Shown here: piece after piece, positions 1 to 10,650 of the stretch
How the letters are laid out: every line of letters begins with the position of its first letter
Position numbering within the stretch: the first letter of the stretch is position 1
Source of the DNA: Treponemataceae bacterium
Lineage (GTDB): Bacteria; Spirochaetota; Spirochaetia; Treponematales; Rectinemataceae
NCBI GenBank assembly: GCA_963677895.2
Contig: CAXXGJ010000006.1
Coordinates: forward strand, 64,001 to 128,000
Length of the DNA stretch: 64,000 bases
Direction of reading: 5' to 3'
Made by a program: the position numbers and the translations under genes
The notes under the pieces: model-generated
The model's database searches: none
What the model saw: only the letters and a program-made list of their open reading frames with translations
Told to the model about the DNA's origin: nothing

Positions 1-429
1 ATTCGATGAAATATAAGAATATACAATAGACTTAACAGCATATACAGGCAGTACTAGCCCCATAACTCTAATGATTGGTATAAGCATATCCTGGTCATAA
101 AACTTCTCGATCATTGGTGCACACACATAAAAAATCCCATATACTGCTACAGATAGTAATACACTGATATACAGTAGTGTTGAATAATCGTCAATATCTG
201 CATCTTTTTTTTGAATAATTGCTGTATTAAGTCCCCCTGAAATGATAACATTTGCAAAACCAAAAAAAATAGTAACTAAACTAACTACACTGTAATCATC
301 TGGGCTAAGAATTCTAGCAATAATAATTGTAACAACTAATGTGATACCTTGAGCAATAAAGCGCTCCATAAATTTCCATATTATACTAAAAAAAGCTTTT
401 TCCTTAATACTATCAACATCTTTTTTCAT
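1..429 (-). CDS. wzx: Wzx-type polysaccharide flippase (LPS biosynthesis protein), 5' part only; runs off the window
   Basis: Manual translation from ATG at 429: MKKDVDSIKEKAFFSIIWKFMERFIAQGITLVVTIIIARILSPDDYSVVSLVTIFFGFANVIISGGLNTAIIQKK, the typical flippase N-terminus (ARIL.P.DYG, G...AIIQ). Confidence 0.85.
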   Translation of the reverse strand, partial: MKKDVDSIKEKAFFSIIWKFMERFIAQGITLVVTIIIARILSPDDYSVVSLVTIFFGFANVIISGGLNTAIIQKKDADIDDYSTLLYISVLLSVAVYGIFYVCAPMIEKFYDQDMLIPIIRVMGLVLPVYAVKSIVYSYISSN

Positions 430-512
430 AATGACTATTACCTTTTTATTTCCCTTTATTGCTGACTAGCGATTACTCAATCTATTGATCGAATAGAGAA
501 TGCATCTAGCTA

Positions 513-2153
513 GGGGTTTCTTAAAAACCCTCTTTTCTATCTTTCAGGCAGCATTAGCTGCCCTTCAACCCAAAGAAAAGAGTTCCTAATCAGTTCGTTA
601 ATAGCATTAATAAGCGACACAAAAAAGGCTTTCGCCTTTCTCCTCGCCAACACCATTAGGTTCATCACCAAGAACACCATCATAATCGATGTCTCGCTCG
701 TTTCCTTAAGTCTTGTACCAATTCTATCGAGCGTATAACGTCGCTTCGCCTCTCCAAACTTCCCTTCTACCGCAATCCTCGTACTCTCATCTTCTCGCTC
801 GATCCTTTTTTGTTCTCGTCTTCTTTCTCTATTATTATCGTTGTCTTTGAATGGCCTTCCCAGCTTCGGCCCCGATAATTGTATCCCATATTCATGACAG
901 TACTGCAGATTCTCTCGCGTCCTATAGATCTTATCCGCACACACTACTTCCGGATATTTCCCATAGCGTTGCTTATATCTTTCAATTTGCCCTTTCAAAT
1001 CTTTGCATTCGTTATAGGCATCCCACGAGAGCCTATAGACCTGCGCCATCACATCCACAAGGCTCAAGGAGAGCTTTGCTCCAAACTCATACATCCCCCT
1101 GGCCTTCCCCTCTCGCTATTGGCCGTACCCAGGGTTTACTTATGCTTAAGATCCTTCCCTCTATTGACCAAGTATCGCTGCGGTACAATTGCTTCTGCTG
1201 CCGGACCAATTCTCCGATCACCCACAGATCCTGCCGCTGCTTCCGGGAAAGAACGCTTAAATCTACTTTATCCTTGTATTCATTGATCAACCGTAGATTC
1301 CGCTCAACATACTGGATCTACGTTTTTATCGCTTTTCTAATCGTGTTCACTCTCGGTTTTCGATTTCGTATGAAGGTCAGAAACTCTTTCCTTGCCTTCT
1401 TCCGATACGTCCTCGGCTTCTCCTAGCCTTCGGACATCTCTTTGTGGAGCGTATCGATGATCCTTTCTGTCTTCCTTCTCGCTTCATCCAGCAGCGTCAC
1501 ATCGTGGAGGAATCTTATGTCTTCGGGCGCACAGGTCGCATCAACAATCAACGTACCTTTATTCTCGCTTTCCTTTGCTTCCCCTTCTCCTGAACAATTC
1601 CCCTTATCGTCATCATTGTGGCTTTCGTCATCGGCTTTGCTTTTCTCTATGATCAGATCATTCACTTCTTTTAGGATATCCGCTGACAGCCTCTTTCTGA
1701 AATGCACCATCATGCTCGGATCGAAAGGTATTTCATATTTGTACCCTTCATATCCCAGGAAGTATTGCTAGTAGGGATTCTCTCGTATATCTTCTACCAG
1801 CTCTTCGTCAGATAGATTCTTCTTCCCTTTTATAATGAGAGCGCCTAACGCGACTTTTACCGGGATCGCCGGTCTACCATTATTGGCGACAAACAGTTTG
1901 GAATACTTTTCTTCAACATCTTTCCATGGTATTAGGCTTGCCAAGATTACCCATCGGTTATCTGCTTTCAGGCTGCCCCCGAACACCATGTCGAACTGGT
2001 CAAACTCAGGCGTATACTTTGGTATTCTGTACATCTCGCCTTCCAAGTGCACGACTTTTTCATGTTTCTCTTCAATTTCCGTGCACTTTTCTGGTCCATT
2101 ATACCATATATCCCTTTGCCTAATTTGACTTTATTACTTTTTCAGGAGCTCTC
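513..2153 (-). mobile_element. Decayed IS5-family insertion sequence
   Basis: Imperfect terminal inverted repeats ggggtttcttaaaaa (513-527) and tttttcaggagctctc (2138-2153) around a broken transposase; CTAG at the left flank; GC shift relative to neighbours. Confidence 0.7.
537..2052 (-). pseudogene. IS5-family transposase pseudogene (at least 4 fragments)
   Basis: Motifs NRWV.LA..IPW, GRPA, ENPY*QYFLG, LIVDATCAP, PWVRPI.RG, ADKIY, VEGKFGEAKRRY spread over ORFs 1768-2052, 1423-1713, 1087-1290 and 537-1094, separated by in-frame TAG stops and a frameshift. Confidence 0.9.
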
Positions 2154-2261
2154 ACTCAGACTCTGTCGAGTCCTAAAATCACCAACTCACCAATAACTCA
2201 AAGCATTACTTTTTAAGGAAACAGCTGGATTATATTCTACTCTGCATGTTTAACTCAATAT

Positions 2262-3575
2262 TTATTTATCGAGTTCGAACTTTTGTTTATCGTGAACAGA
2301 AATATCTTTACCAAGTTGTACTTCAATCAATTTTAACTCGGTTTCTGCGATAATAGTATGTTTACATCCTGCACGCATAATAATAACATCGCCAACAAAG
2401 ACTTTCTGTTCCTTACCATCAATAATAGTATGTCCATTACCGCTGATTACAGTCCACACCTCATCCCTATTGCTATGGCTGTGATAATTCATTTTCTCCC
2501 CAGTACGGAGAGTAACTTTTACAGTCATACTATCTTGGCCTACATCCAAAACTCTATAACTCCCCCAACTTTTTTCTGCGAATCTTGCTGATGTAACAAA
2601 ATTGTCAACATATACCTTAATGTGTGAACTCTGCTCTTTATCAGCCACAAGAATTCCATCTGAACTTGCTGAAATAACAACGTCTTTAAGTCCCATAGCA
2701 AGAACAGGTATATCAAGATCATTTAAAATATGGACGTTCTGACACTTTTCATTCATTATACCATTGCCTATAATATTTTCTTCCATCGTTTCGGTAAGTG
2801 TATTCCAAGAACCTATATCTTTCCATTTACCTAAATAACGTATAACTTGAATTTTTTGGGCTTTTTCTACAACTTCATAATCAAAAGATGTCTTTATCAA
2901 ATTCGTATAGTTAGCATATAACTCAGAATAATCGTTGGTATTTAACAGTCTTAACGTAATATCAAGAACATACTTCAACTTATATGCAAATACGCCAGCA
3001 TTCCAAAGCCCTCCCTGCTTAATATATTGCTCTGCAGTCTTTTCATCTGGTTTTTCTTTAAACGATGACACTTCGCTTAAAAACTCACTTGTTTTAGGGA
3101 TAATATATCCATACTTTTCGCTTGGATAGATGGGTTGAATACCCATAAGTATTAAATCAGCTTCACCTTTTTTTGCTTGAGTTCCCAATTCTTGGATTAG
3201 TTCGAAATAACCATCTTCGACATAAGGGTCTACAGGGCAAACAACAACAACTTCATTCTTATCAATGCCTAAAACATCATGAAGATAAGCTGTAGCTAAT
3301 GCAATTGCCGGGAACGTATCTCTTCTGCATGGTTCGACTGATATCCCAACACTTGTGCCTAACTGGTTATGAATCGCAGACACTTGTGTTTTCGAGGTGG
3401 CAATTGTCACAGTTGCTTCAGGATCAATCTTTTTTATCTGCCCATAAACACGTTGTACCATCGACTCGTAGCCTTCATCAGTTTTGAATATTTTAATGAA
3501 CTGTTTAGATCTGATTTCATTTGATAGAGGCCAAAGTCTCTTTCCAGAACCTCCAGACAATAATATAATATTCAT
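2262..3575 (-). CDS. manC: Mannose-1-phosphate guanylyltransferase / mannose-6-phosphate isomerase
   Basis: LSGGSGKRLWPLS, EP.RRDT, YGYI, FKEKP motifs; C-terminal cupin (KSWGSY, HSHSNRDEVW). Confidence 0.9.
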   Translation of the reverse strand: MNIILLSGGSGKRLWPLSNEIRSKQFIKIFKTDEGYESMVQRVYGQIKKIDPEATVTIATSKTQVSAIHNQLGTSVGISVEPCRRDTFPAIALATAYLHDVLGIDKNEVVVVCPVDPYVEDGYFELIQELGTQAKKGEADLILMGIQPIYPSEKYGYIIPKTSEFLSEVSSFKEKPDEKTAEQYIKQGGLWNAGVFAYKLKYVLDITLRLLNTNDYSELYANYTNLIKTSFDYEVVEKAQKIQVIRYLGKWKDIGSWNTLTETMEENIIGNGIMNEKCQNVHILNDLDIPVLAMGLKDVVISASSDGILVADKEQSSHIKVYVDNFVTSARFAEKSWGSYRVLDVGQDSMTVKVTLRTGEKMNYHSHSNRDEVWTVISGNGHTIIDGKEQKVFVGDVIIMRAGCKHTIIAETELKLIEVQLGKDISVHDKQKFELDK

Positions 3576-3603
3576 TTTAACCTTGTATATAGAATTTGCT
3601 AAA

Positions 3604-4692
3604 TTAAAATGCGTAAAAAGATCTTATCTTTTTACAAATATATTGAATCTGTTCATCTGTAATAGTTATGCTTGATGGCAACCACAATCCCTTATTCGAT
3701 ATCTCTTCCGTAACAGGGAAGTGTAAATCAGTATATCCGTAAGCTGGCTCTGCATGAAGTGGTGGATAAAAGATCCGAGAGCCAATACCATTATCTTTTA
3801 AATATGCTTGAAGTTCTTCTCTTCGTTCGCATAGAATATCATAAAACCAAGGAGAAGTATCCTCATATTTCGTTTTTATAAGTTCCACACCTGGGATGCC
3901 CATAAGAAGCTGATCGTAAAGTTTTCCCATTTCTTTCTTTCGAATAACACGAGCAGGTAGTTTCTTCATCTGTTCAATACCGATTACTGCTTGGAAGTCT
4001 GAAAACTTAAAGTTCCATCCTTTGGTGAGATAGTGATCAACACCTCCTGTAGCCCGACCGAAGTCACGAATTTTCTTAATCCTATCTGCAAGTTCATCAT
4101 CATCAGTAATTAGTGCACCTCCTTGTCCAGTTGTTATAATTTTAGGAGCGCTAAATGAAAAGCTACCAATCTCTCCAAATCTTCCTAAATGCTTTCCGTT
4201 ATAAAAACTACCTAGAGATTGAGCAGCGTCTTCAATAAGGTGGATATTGTTTTTTTTACAGAAATCAACAAATACTTGCACATCTTTTGGGTATCGGCCA
4301 TTTATAGAAACCAACATTACAGCTTTTGTCCTATCAGTAACAGCTGCCTTCATTTGGAAGAAATCCAAACAAAGAGTATCACGATCAATGTCAACGAAAA
4401 CAGCTTTTGCACCAATCAGTTCAGCCGAGTTCGGTGTTGCAACCATAGTGTAATCTGGACATATAACCTCATCACCGATGCCAATTCCTACAGCCATTAA
4501 TGCTGCAGATAGGCTAACTGTACCATTAGAAGTAATCCAGCAATGCTTGGCTCCTGTATAATCTTTAATCATATTCTCAAAATCACGAGTTTTAGAAAAT
4601 TCAGTTCCCCAGCCTCCTCTTTGCATATATTCGTTTAGTGCTTTTCTCTCATGTTCATCGAAACTTGGTTCCATCTGACTGATAAAATTCAT
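3604..4692 (-). CDS. DegT/DnrJ/EryC1/StrS PLP aminotransferase (perosamine-synthase-like)
   Basis: SNGT, IEDAAQSLG, FSFSAPKIITTGQGG, LWLPS motifs; in the gmd/manC block. Confidence 0.88.
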   Translation of the reverse strand: MNFISQMEPSFDEHERKALNEYMQRGGWGTEFSKTRDFENMIKDYTGAKHCWITSNGTVSLSAALMAVGIGIGDEVICPDYTMVATPNSAELIGAKAVFVDIDRDTLCLDFFQMKAAVTDRTKAVMLVSINGRYPKDVQVFVDFCKKNNIHLIEDAAQSLGSFYNGKHLGRFGEIGSFSFSAPKIITTGQGGALITDDDELADRIKKIRDFGRATGGVDHYLTKGWNFKFSDFQAVIGIEQMKKLPARVIRKKEMGKLYDQLLMGIPGVELIKTKYEDTSPWFYDILCERREELQAYLKDNGIGSRIFYPPLHAEPAYGYTDLHFPVTEEISNKGLWLPSSITITDEQIQYICKKIRSFYAF

Positions 4693-4724
4693 ATTTATGT
4701 CCTTATAATAATTTTATTGATTGA

Positions 4725-5126
4725 TCATATTCTATGACGGTCAATTTCTTCGCCAAAGTAAGGCCCGTTCTTAACCTCAAGAACCGATGTCCCTTCTTCA
4801 GTTATCTTATAACCATGCCCACATTCAAGTAGGATTAATATTTCTCCTTGCTTAACTGGTATGGTTTCAACGACCTTATCATCAAGCGTGTAGATTGTTG
4901 CATCTATTCCACCACTAATTATATAAAGTGTTTCACAGGTGCGGCTAATAGTTCTCTCTACAATATTATGGACATGAGCCTTAAGATCTTTACCTTTCTT
5001 ATAACTTCCCCAAACACCTACTTGAATGAACTCTCCATAACTAGAAAAAAAATTCAATCCTTCTTTAATATCACCGTGTGTTATATGCCTCGCAAGTACA
5101 ACGCTATCGATCTTTATTTCTTTCAT
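4725..5126 (-). CDS. Small cupin-fold protein of a nucleotide-sugar pathway
   Basis: AHVH...E.LY....G and GHGY...VLEVKNGPY cupin pattern; coupled to neighbours. Confidence 0.7.
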   Translation of the reverse strand: MKEIKIDSVVLARHITHGDIKEGLNFFSSYGEFIQVGVWGSYKKGKDLKAHVHNIVERTISRTCETLYIISGGIDATIYTLDDKVVETIPVKQGEILILLECGHGYKITEEGTSVLEVKNGPYFGEEIDRHRI

Positions 5127-5497
5127 ATTTCAACCTCCTCCGAATAGATATCTTTTACACCATTCGTTTTTTCAACCGGGATATCATACATTGCTACAAG
5201 AATACAATCTTCAGGAAAGAACATACTATGAACAATAAAAGAATGTAATTCAAAAAATTTTCCTTTGCTAAAGACCACTGTTTCTTCCTTAAAGTCATCT
5301 TTTAAAGTTACCTCCACAGACCCACTAACAACAAAAAAAGCTTCACTCGACACCTTGTGATAATGTCCTCCTCGAACTACACCCTTACGAGTTTCAACAA
5401 CATTTATCTGCTGGTATCCTTTATGAACCAATTGTGTAAGTCTACCTCGATCGTCAGTATGTTCAAAATCAACTTTTTTGACTTCATATAAAGCCAT
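5123..5497 (-). CDS. WxcM/FdtA-like cupin (sugar 3,4-ketoisomerase/epimerase family)
   Basis: Start moved to MALYEVKK (5497); DDRGRL, RGGHYH, EAFFVVSG, VHSM motifs. Confidence 0.75.
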   Translation of the reverse strand: MALYEVKKVDFEHTDDRGRLTQLVHKGYQQINVVETRKGVVRGGHYHKVSSEAFFVVSGSVEVTLKDDFKEETVVFSKGKFFELHSFIVHSMFFPEDCILVAMYDIPVEKTNGVKDIYSEEVEI

Positions 5498-5498
5498 A

Positions 5499-5999
5499 TT
5501 AAGTATCCCTCTCTGAGATAATTGTTGCATCGTCAGGCCACTTAATTTTAAACCTTTCATCATTCCACTTATATGTAAACTGTCTGTATTCACCATAATA
5601 AGTAGATTGTTTATAGGTGTAAACCGCCACGTCTGATAAGACAAAATACCCGTTTCCATACATTGGTGGTATATAAAGCTGGTATTTATTTAAATCAGAA
5701 AGAATAAACGACTGCCATTTTCCAAAGTCTGTGGAAGATTCATCGCAATTTAAGATCACTGCATAAACACTTCCGGAGACACATTGAACAAGCTTATAGG
5801 TAACAGAATCACCATGCATACCTTTTAGGACGCCCTTTATTGATTTTGAAACATCATCTTGAATAAATTTTACAGCTAGTCCTGCATCTTGGTATTCTTT
5901 CTCATTATATGTTTCATAGAAGTTCCCACGACTATCCTCATGAGCAGACAATTTTATAAGGTATACACCCTCAAGATTTGTTTTTTCTACATTGATCAT
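5499..5999 (-). CDS. dTDP-4-dehydrorhamnose 3,5-epimerase family protein (RmlC-like)
   Basis: EDSRGNFYETY, FIQDDVSKS, VLKGMH, KLVQC, QLYIPP motifs; C-terminal WND...I.WP. Confidence 0.8.
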   Translation of the reverse strand: MINVEKTNLEGVYLIKLSAHEDSRGNFYETYNEKEYQDAGLAVKFIQDDVSKSIKGVLKGMHGDSVTYKLVQCVSGSVYAVILNCDESSTDFGKWQSFILSDLNKYQLYIPPMYGNGYFVLSDVAVYTYKQSTYYGEYRQFTYKWNDERFKIKWPDDATIISERDT

Positions 6000-6008
6000 A
6001 TCTTATAC

Positions 6009-7067
6009 CTATGCTTTTTTAAGTGCTTTTTCTCTCTTGGCTAATTCTCTGTCATGAGTAGCCATGATACAAATTAGCTTTTCATATGACGTCTTTTGTG
6101 GATTCCAGCCGAGTACAGTCTTTGCCTTAAAGGGATCACCACAGAGGTTGTTCACATCAGTTGGACGGAACCACTGTGGATTAATGCAAACCAATAGCTT
6201 GCCTGTCTTTATATTGTAGCCCTTTTCATCAAGGCCTTTCCCCTCCCAGCGGATCTCGATACCATTTATTAAAAATGCCTTCTCTGTAAAGTCGCGGACA
6301 GTGTGTTGTACGCCTGTGGCAATAACGAAATCATCTGGTTTCTCCTGCTGCATAATTAGCCACATGCACTCGACATAGTCTTTTGCATAGCCCCAATCAC
6401 GTAGTGAGTCTATATTGCCAAGTTCTAAATGGTCTTGGATTCCTTCAGCAATACGACCTGTGGCTAGCGTAATCTTACGGGTAACAAAATTCTCGCCACG
6501 ACGCTCAGATTCATGGTTAAATAGAATACCATTGACACAGAACATGCCATAAGCATCTCGGTACTCCTTCATCATCCAGAAACCATACTGCTTCGCAATA
6601 GCGTAAGGGCTGTATGGATGGAATGGGGTGGTTTCCTTCTGTGGGATTTCTTCGACCTTGCCATAAAGTTCGGACGTAGACGCCTGATAGATCTTGCATT
6701 TCTTTTCAAGTCCTAATATACGTATCGCTTCTAAGATACGAAGCACACCAATAGCGTCAACATCGCCAGAATATTCCGGAACGTCAAAAGATACTTGGAC
6801 GTGGGACTGAGCAGCTAGATTGTAGATTTCATCTGGATTAACAATATTAATGATACGAATAAGTGATGTGGAATCTGTTAGGTCACCATCGTGGACTTTA
6901 ATCACATTTTTCTTTAGCAGGTGGTCAATTCGTAAGGTATTAGATATAGAAATACGACGGATAATCCCATGTACTTCGTATCCTTTATTAAATAAAAATT
7001 CAGCAAGATATGAACCATCCTGACCAGTAATTCCAGTAATCAATGCAATTTTTTTTCTCATATTCAT
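6009..7067 (-). CDS. gmd: GDP-mannose 4,6-dehydratase
   Basis: ALITGITGQDGSYLAE, YNLAAQSHV, QASTSELYG, SPYAIAK, ILFNHESERRGENFVTRKI. Confidence 0.97.
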   Translation of the reverse strand: MNMRKKIALITGITGQDGSYLAEFLFNKGYEVHGIIRRISISNTLRIDHLLKKNVIKVHDGDLTDSTSLIRIINIVNPDEIYNLAAQSHVQVSFDVPEYSGDVDAIGVLRILEAIRILGLEKKCKIYQASTSELYGKVEEIPQKETTPFHPYSPYAIAKQYGFWMMKEYRDAYGMFCVNGILFNHESERRGENFVTRKITLATGRIAEGIQDHLELGNIDSLRDWGYAKDYVECMWLIMQQEKPDDFVIATGVQHTVRDFTEKAFLINGIEIRWEGKGLDEKGYNIKTGKLLVCINPQWFRPTDVNNLCGDPFKAKTVLGWNPQKTSYEKLICIMATHDRELAKREKALKKA

Positions 7068-7087
7068 TTATCCTTTCTTTTTTGCAT

Positions 7088-7927
7088 TTACCAACTAGTA
7101 GCAAATTTAAAGCCAACCATACTTAATACACGCTTGATATTCTTACGCATTTTTGTGGGAACGATTCGTGTAGCAAACTCATACAATTTTATTTTAATGC
7201 ACTCTCTTTTTGAAATAAAACCTCTTTTAGAATAGTTAATATCATTATAGCCATGTTTAATTAGGACTTTTGCTGACCAAGGAATCCATTTCCCCCATGT
7301 AGCCATATGAACATAATGCAAAAGATTACGTCTATCTGATACATAATTTATGTAATACTCATCTATACTATCAGCACTCTGTCTTGAAAAATCATTTTCT
7401 ATATCCCAGGCGGTTTTAGTACCATCTCCTAAGATTTTTAGGATTTCGTCTCTTTTCCATATAGATGTACCAATAGAAACAGCATAAGCTTTATTTTTTG
7501 GAATCATCTCAACATTTTTATTGTTCTTATACTGTGCATATTTTCGATTTTTTTGCTTAAAAGCCGGAATTCTATAATATTTTATATCATTTTCTTTTAT
7601 AAATTTTATCACCTCATCGATTTCTGAATTGTTTACTTTTTCATATATATAATAATCATCATTAGTTAGTAAAATATATTGACTTTTTGTCCTGCTTATA
7701 GCTTCAATTGCTCCTCTTGTCCAACTTGTATTTTTTCCGCATAGGACTATTTCAGCAATATCGCTATTTAGGTTACATTCTTCCTCAGCTATAAAAATAC
7801 GATATTTACAATTTGGCCAATTAATGCCTAAATAGTAAAGAAAAAACTGTGCAATATCTAAATATTTATCACAACTAACAACAACTATTGACATATCATT
7901 ATCTGGACTCATTCTATCTTCTCTCAT
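7088..7927 (-). CDS. Probable glycosyltransferase (GT-A-like); start uncertain (7927 or 7912)
   Basis: SIVVVSCDKY, ILLTNDDY and AWDIE motifs seen in polysaccharide-cluster transferases. Confidence 0.6.
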   Translation of the reverse strand: MREDRMSPDNDMSIVVVSCDKYLDIAQFFLYYLGINWPNCKYRIFIAEEECNLNSDIAEIVLCGKNTSWTRGAIEAISRTKSQYILLTNDDYYIYEKVNNSEIDEVIKFIKENDIKYYRIPAFKQKNRKYAQYKNNKNVEMIPKNKAYAVSIGTSIWKRDEILKILGDGTKTAWDIENDFSRQSADSIDEYYINYVSDRRNLLHYVHMATWGKWIPWSAKVLIKHGYNDINYSKRGFISKRECIKIKLYEFATRIVPTKMRKNIKRVLSMVGFKFATSW

Positions 7928-7938
7928 ATTGGTAATCC

Positions 7939-9198
7939 TTATAAAAAAAACCAAGATAACCAAAAGCTTTCAGTATAAATTGATAACGAAAAAGCTTCAA
8001 TTAAAACTAAGCATTTTAAAACAAATAACTTATTTTTCATCGGTTTATCTTTGCAATAAAATACTGATGAAAAAGACACAACAATTTGTATCATCACTCC
8101 AATTATTCCAGTATAAAATATCATATCTATCAATGTGTTGTGCGAATATTGAATAAAGATTGCTTGATTTAATAAAGCTTTTCTAGAAAATTCTGCCAAA
8201 CCAAAAAGCTTGTTGAACAAAGGTAATTTGTTGAATACTGCTAAATATGCTGCATTAAGGCCTACTCTCGCTGTAGTAGCTTTAGTAAAATCACCAACTT
8301 GAAAGTCAGTAATCATATTTTCTATCCTATATGTAATTGGTTTTCCAAATGGAGTCATTATAAAAGCTACGATGAAACTTACTATAAATATAAAAACCCA
8401 AATTTTTGTTTTTAGTGATAATGGTCCCCTTGGTAAATCTATACAATTTAACAGAACACAACCTAAAATACCTATTATCAAACAAATAATTGAGGTAATA
8501 CTTATTGTTGAGAATAAGAAAAGTACTAATACTGTTAATCCCAATAATTTTCGTTTTATAGTAATCGGGCTTGATAATAACAATAGAACAGCAATATTGA
8601 TACAAAAACCAGTCTGGTTTGCTCCTTGAATGCCAACAAAAGTAGTTACTCTGCCAAGTCCATCTATCCAGCGCTCATCAAACATTCCGTGGGCTACGCC
8701 AAAAAAACATGACACAATAGTAGATACAACATACGCTTTACACATTTCAGGCCATACTTTTTTATTTACATTGTCATCCAGAGGATCAAATATAAGAGTT
8801 ATTAGTAAAAACTCAAACATAAGGCCAAAACCTGCATAATTATTATTGAAAATTAAACAAACTAAAGCATATAACATATATAAAATTAATGGGAAAATAC
8901 GCCTTAGATGACCACTTTTGCTTGCAAATATTAGTATCAATAATATTAATTGTACAAGTGTTGTTAATGTTCCAATCCCAGGCAAATCAAGACCTCGTTC
9001 CCACGGTAGAAGAATAGCATAAAATGAGAAAGCTCTTTTTAATGGAATATTAATAAATAATAAAATAATAAGAAAAAAAACAATATAACTTAAAATTAGA
9101 TTAATATTTAGTAAGCATAATAGAAGCAAAATAAGAAAAAACCTTTTGTCAAAAAGTTTCTCTTTATTTTCTAAACTAACTATCATAATACTACTCAC
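7939..9198 (-). CDS. wzy: Wzy-like O-antigen/EPS polymerase
   Basis: About 10-12 hydrophobic segments, a periplasmic loop with T.AR and SHNT.ID....GIIG (Wzy_C/ligase-type), located between glycosyltransferases. Confidence 0.75.
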   Translation of the reverse strand: MSSIMIVSLENKEKLFDKRFFLILLLLCLLNINLILSYIVFFLIILLFINIPLKRAFSFYAILLPWERGLDLPGIGTLTTLVQLILLILIFASKSGHLRRIFPLILYMLYALVCLIFNNNYAGFGLMFEFLLITLIFDPLDDNVNKKVWPEMCKAYVVSTIVSCFFGVAHGMFDERWIDGLGRVTTFVGIQGANQTGFCINIAVLLLLSSPITIKRKLLGLTVLVLFLFSTISITSIICLIIGILGCVLLNCIDLPRGPLSLKTKIWVFIFIVSFIVAFIMTPFGKPITYRIENMITDFQVGDFTKATTARVGLNAAYLAVFNKLPLFNKLFGLAEFSRKALLNQAIFIQYSHNTLIDMIFYTGIIGVMIQIVVSFSSVFYCKDKPMKNKLFVLKCLVLIEAFSLSIYTESFWLSWFFL

Positions 9199-9202
9199 TT
9201 TT

Positions 9203-10198
9203 TTAAATCCACTTTGGTACTTTCCGGTTTATTAATGTCATCGTACGAATATATATATTAACCATTGTTACTTTTATTGTATGTGTCATAATATAAAGTT
9301 TCGGCGAATAATTGAATAAAAATGATTTAGCTTTTGTTCTAATATAATAGGCGTTGTTAATTGGTATTGATTTATCATATCTAATTAATAATGAAGTATA
9401 ATCTTTCACTTGACAGATAGCTTTAAGATACAATACTGCAATTTGATCTTTTAGCGCGTTTATAGGTTTTATATTTGATTGATCAAATAGGCTTTGAAGT
9501 TCCTCACATATGTAAAGCAACATTCGCCCTTTCTGTTCCATGTTAGAATCTTGAGTAATTGAATTTGCTCTTACAAAGTGATAATAAAACAATATCCCAG
9601 AATAGTACACGCTTTTTGCTTTTAGTAATACTGAAGGCATCCATAACTCATCCTCGTGCAAAATATTCTCTTTGAAACTTAATCCCTCACGCTCTAAAAA
9701 ATTTTTATTGTATATGCTATACGGTGCGCAAGCAGTATAACAATGCTTTGACTTTAAAAAAACAAGATATTCTTCAATAGAATACTCTTGTTCAGAGATT
9801 AAATAATGTTGATGATATTTTGAGTTACCTTCATCGTCAATTATTTTAGAGTCTCCGACAATTATATCACATGGATGCTTCGCAATAATAGTCTCGAACT
9901 CGCTAATACAACCTTCTTCAAGATAATCATCACTATCTAAAAACATAACATATTCACCACATGAATGACTTATTCCATTATTTCTCGCATTTGATAATCC
10001 TCCATTTTTTTGATGAATTATTTTTACATTATCATATTTTAGTGCATAATCATCACATATTGATCCACTATTATCTGTAGAACCGTCATCAATGAGTATA
10101 ATTTCGTACATTGCTGTATCTTGTACCAATACCGACATTAAGCACTTATTTAAATATTGCTCAACATTATAAACTGGTATGACTATACTTAACTTCAT
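9203..10198 (-). CDS. Glycosyltransferase family 2
   Basis: SIVIPVYNVEQYL, IDDGSTD, NGGLSNARN, FLDSDD, HEDE. Confidence 0.95.
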   Translation of the reverse strand: MKLSIVIPVYNVEQYLNKCLMSVLVQDTAMYEIILIDDGSTDNSGSICDDYALKYDNVKIIHQKNGGLSNARNNGISHSCGEYVMFLDSDDYLEEGCISEFETIIAKHPCDIIVGDSKIIDDEGNSKYHQHYLISEQEYSIEEYLVFLKSKHCYTACAPYSIYNKNFLEREGLSFKENILHEDELWMPSVLLKAKSVYYSGILFYYHFVRANSITQDSNMEQKGRMLLYICEELQSLFDQSNIKPINALKDQIAVLYLKAICQVKDYTSLLIRYDKSIPINNAYYIRTKAKSFLFNYSPKLYIMTHTIKVTMVNIYIRTMTLINRKVPKWI

Positions 10199-10305
10199 TA
10201 TTTATCTCCATATCTTTAATTTATTATGTTGTAAGCGTCCAATTTTCCCCATGTTGACAACATAAAAAATTCGATTATCCATTCCTGCAATGGGAGAAAT
10301 AATCG

Positions 10306-10650
10306 ATGTACTTAAGAAAAGATAAAACCATTTATCTCGTCGCCGGAATCACTAATATGCTAAAACAGATCAACGGGCTTTCGGCAATTGCGCTAACTAA
10401 ACAACCAGAAGAAGTTTTCTCAGGATCGTATTTTGTATTTCTAGGCAAAACAAGAAAAGTCATGAAGATCCTCTATTGGGACAAGAGCGGCTTTTGCATG
10501 TGGATCAAAAGGCTCGAAGAAGAAACCTTCCCTTGGACGAGAAAACAGAAAGGTGTTCTAGAAATCGAACATGCTAAGTTCAAGCTTCTCGTGCGAGGAA
10601 TTGATGTTTTCAGGGAACACCGAAAGCTAGAATATTCTGTGGTATCATAA
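10306..10650 (+). CDS. tnpB: IS66 accessory protein TnpB
   Basis: T.M.K.I.GL, FVF.....KILYWD..GFC..KRLE motifs. Confidence 0.9.
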   Translation: MYLRKDKTIYLVAGITNMLKQINGLSAIALTKQPEEVFSGSYFVFLGKTRKVMKILYWDKSGFCMWIKRLEEETFPWTRKQKGVLEIEHAKFKLLVRGIDVFREHRKLEYSVVS

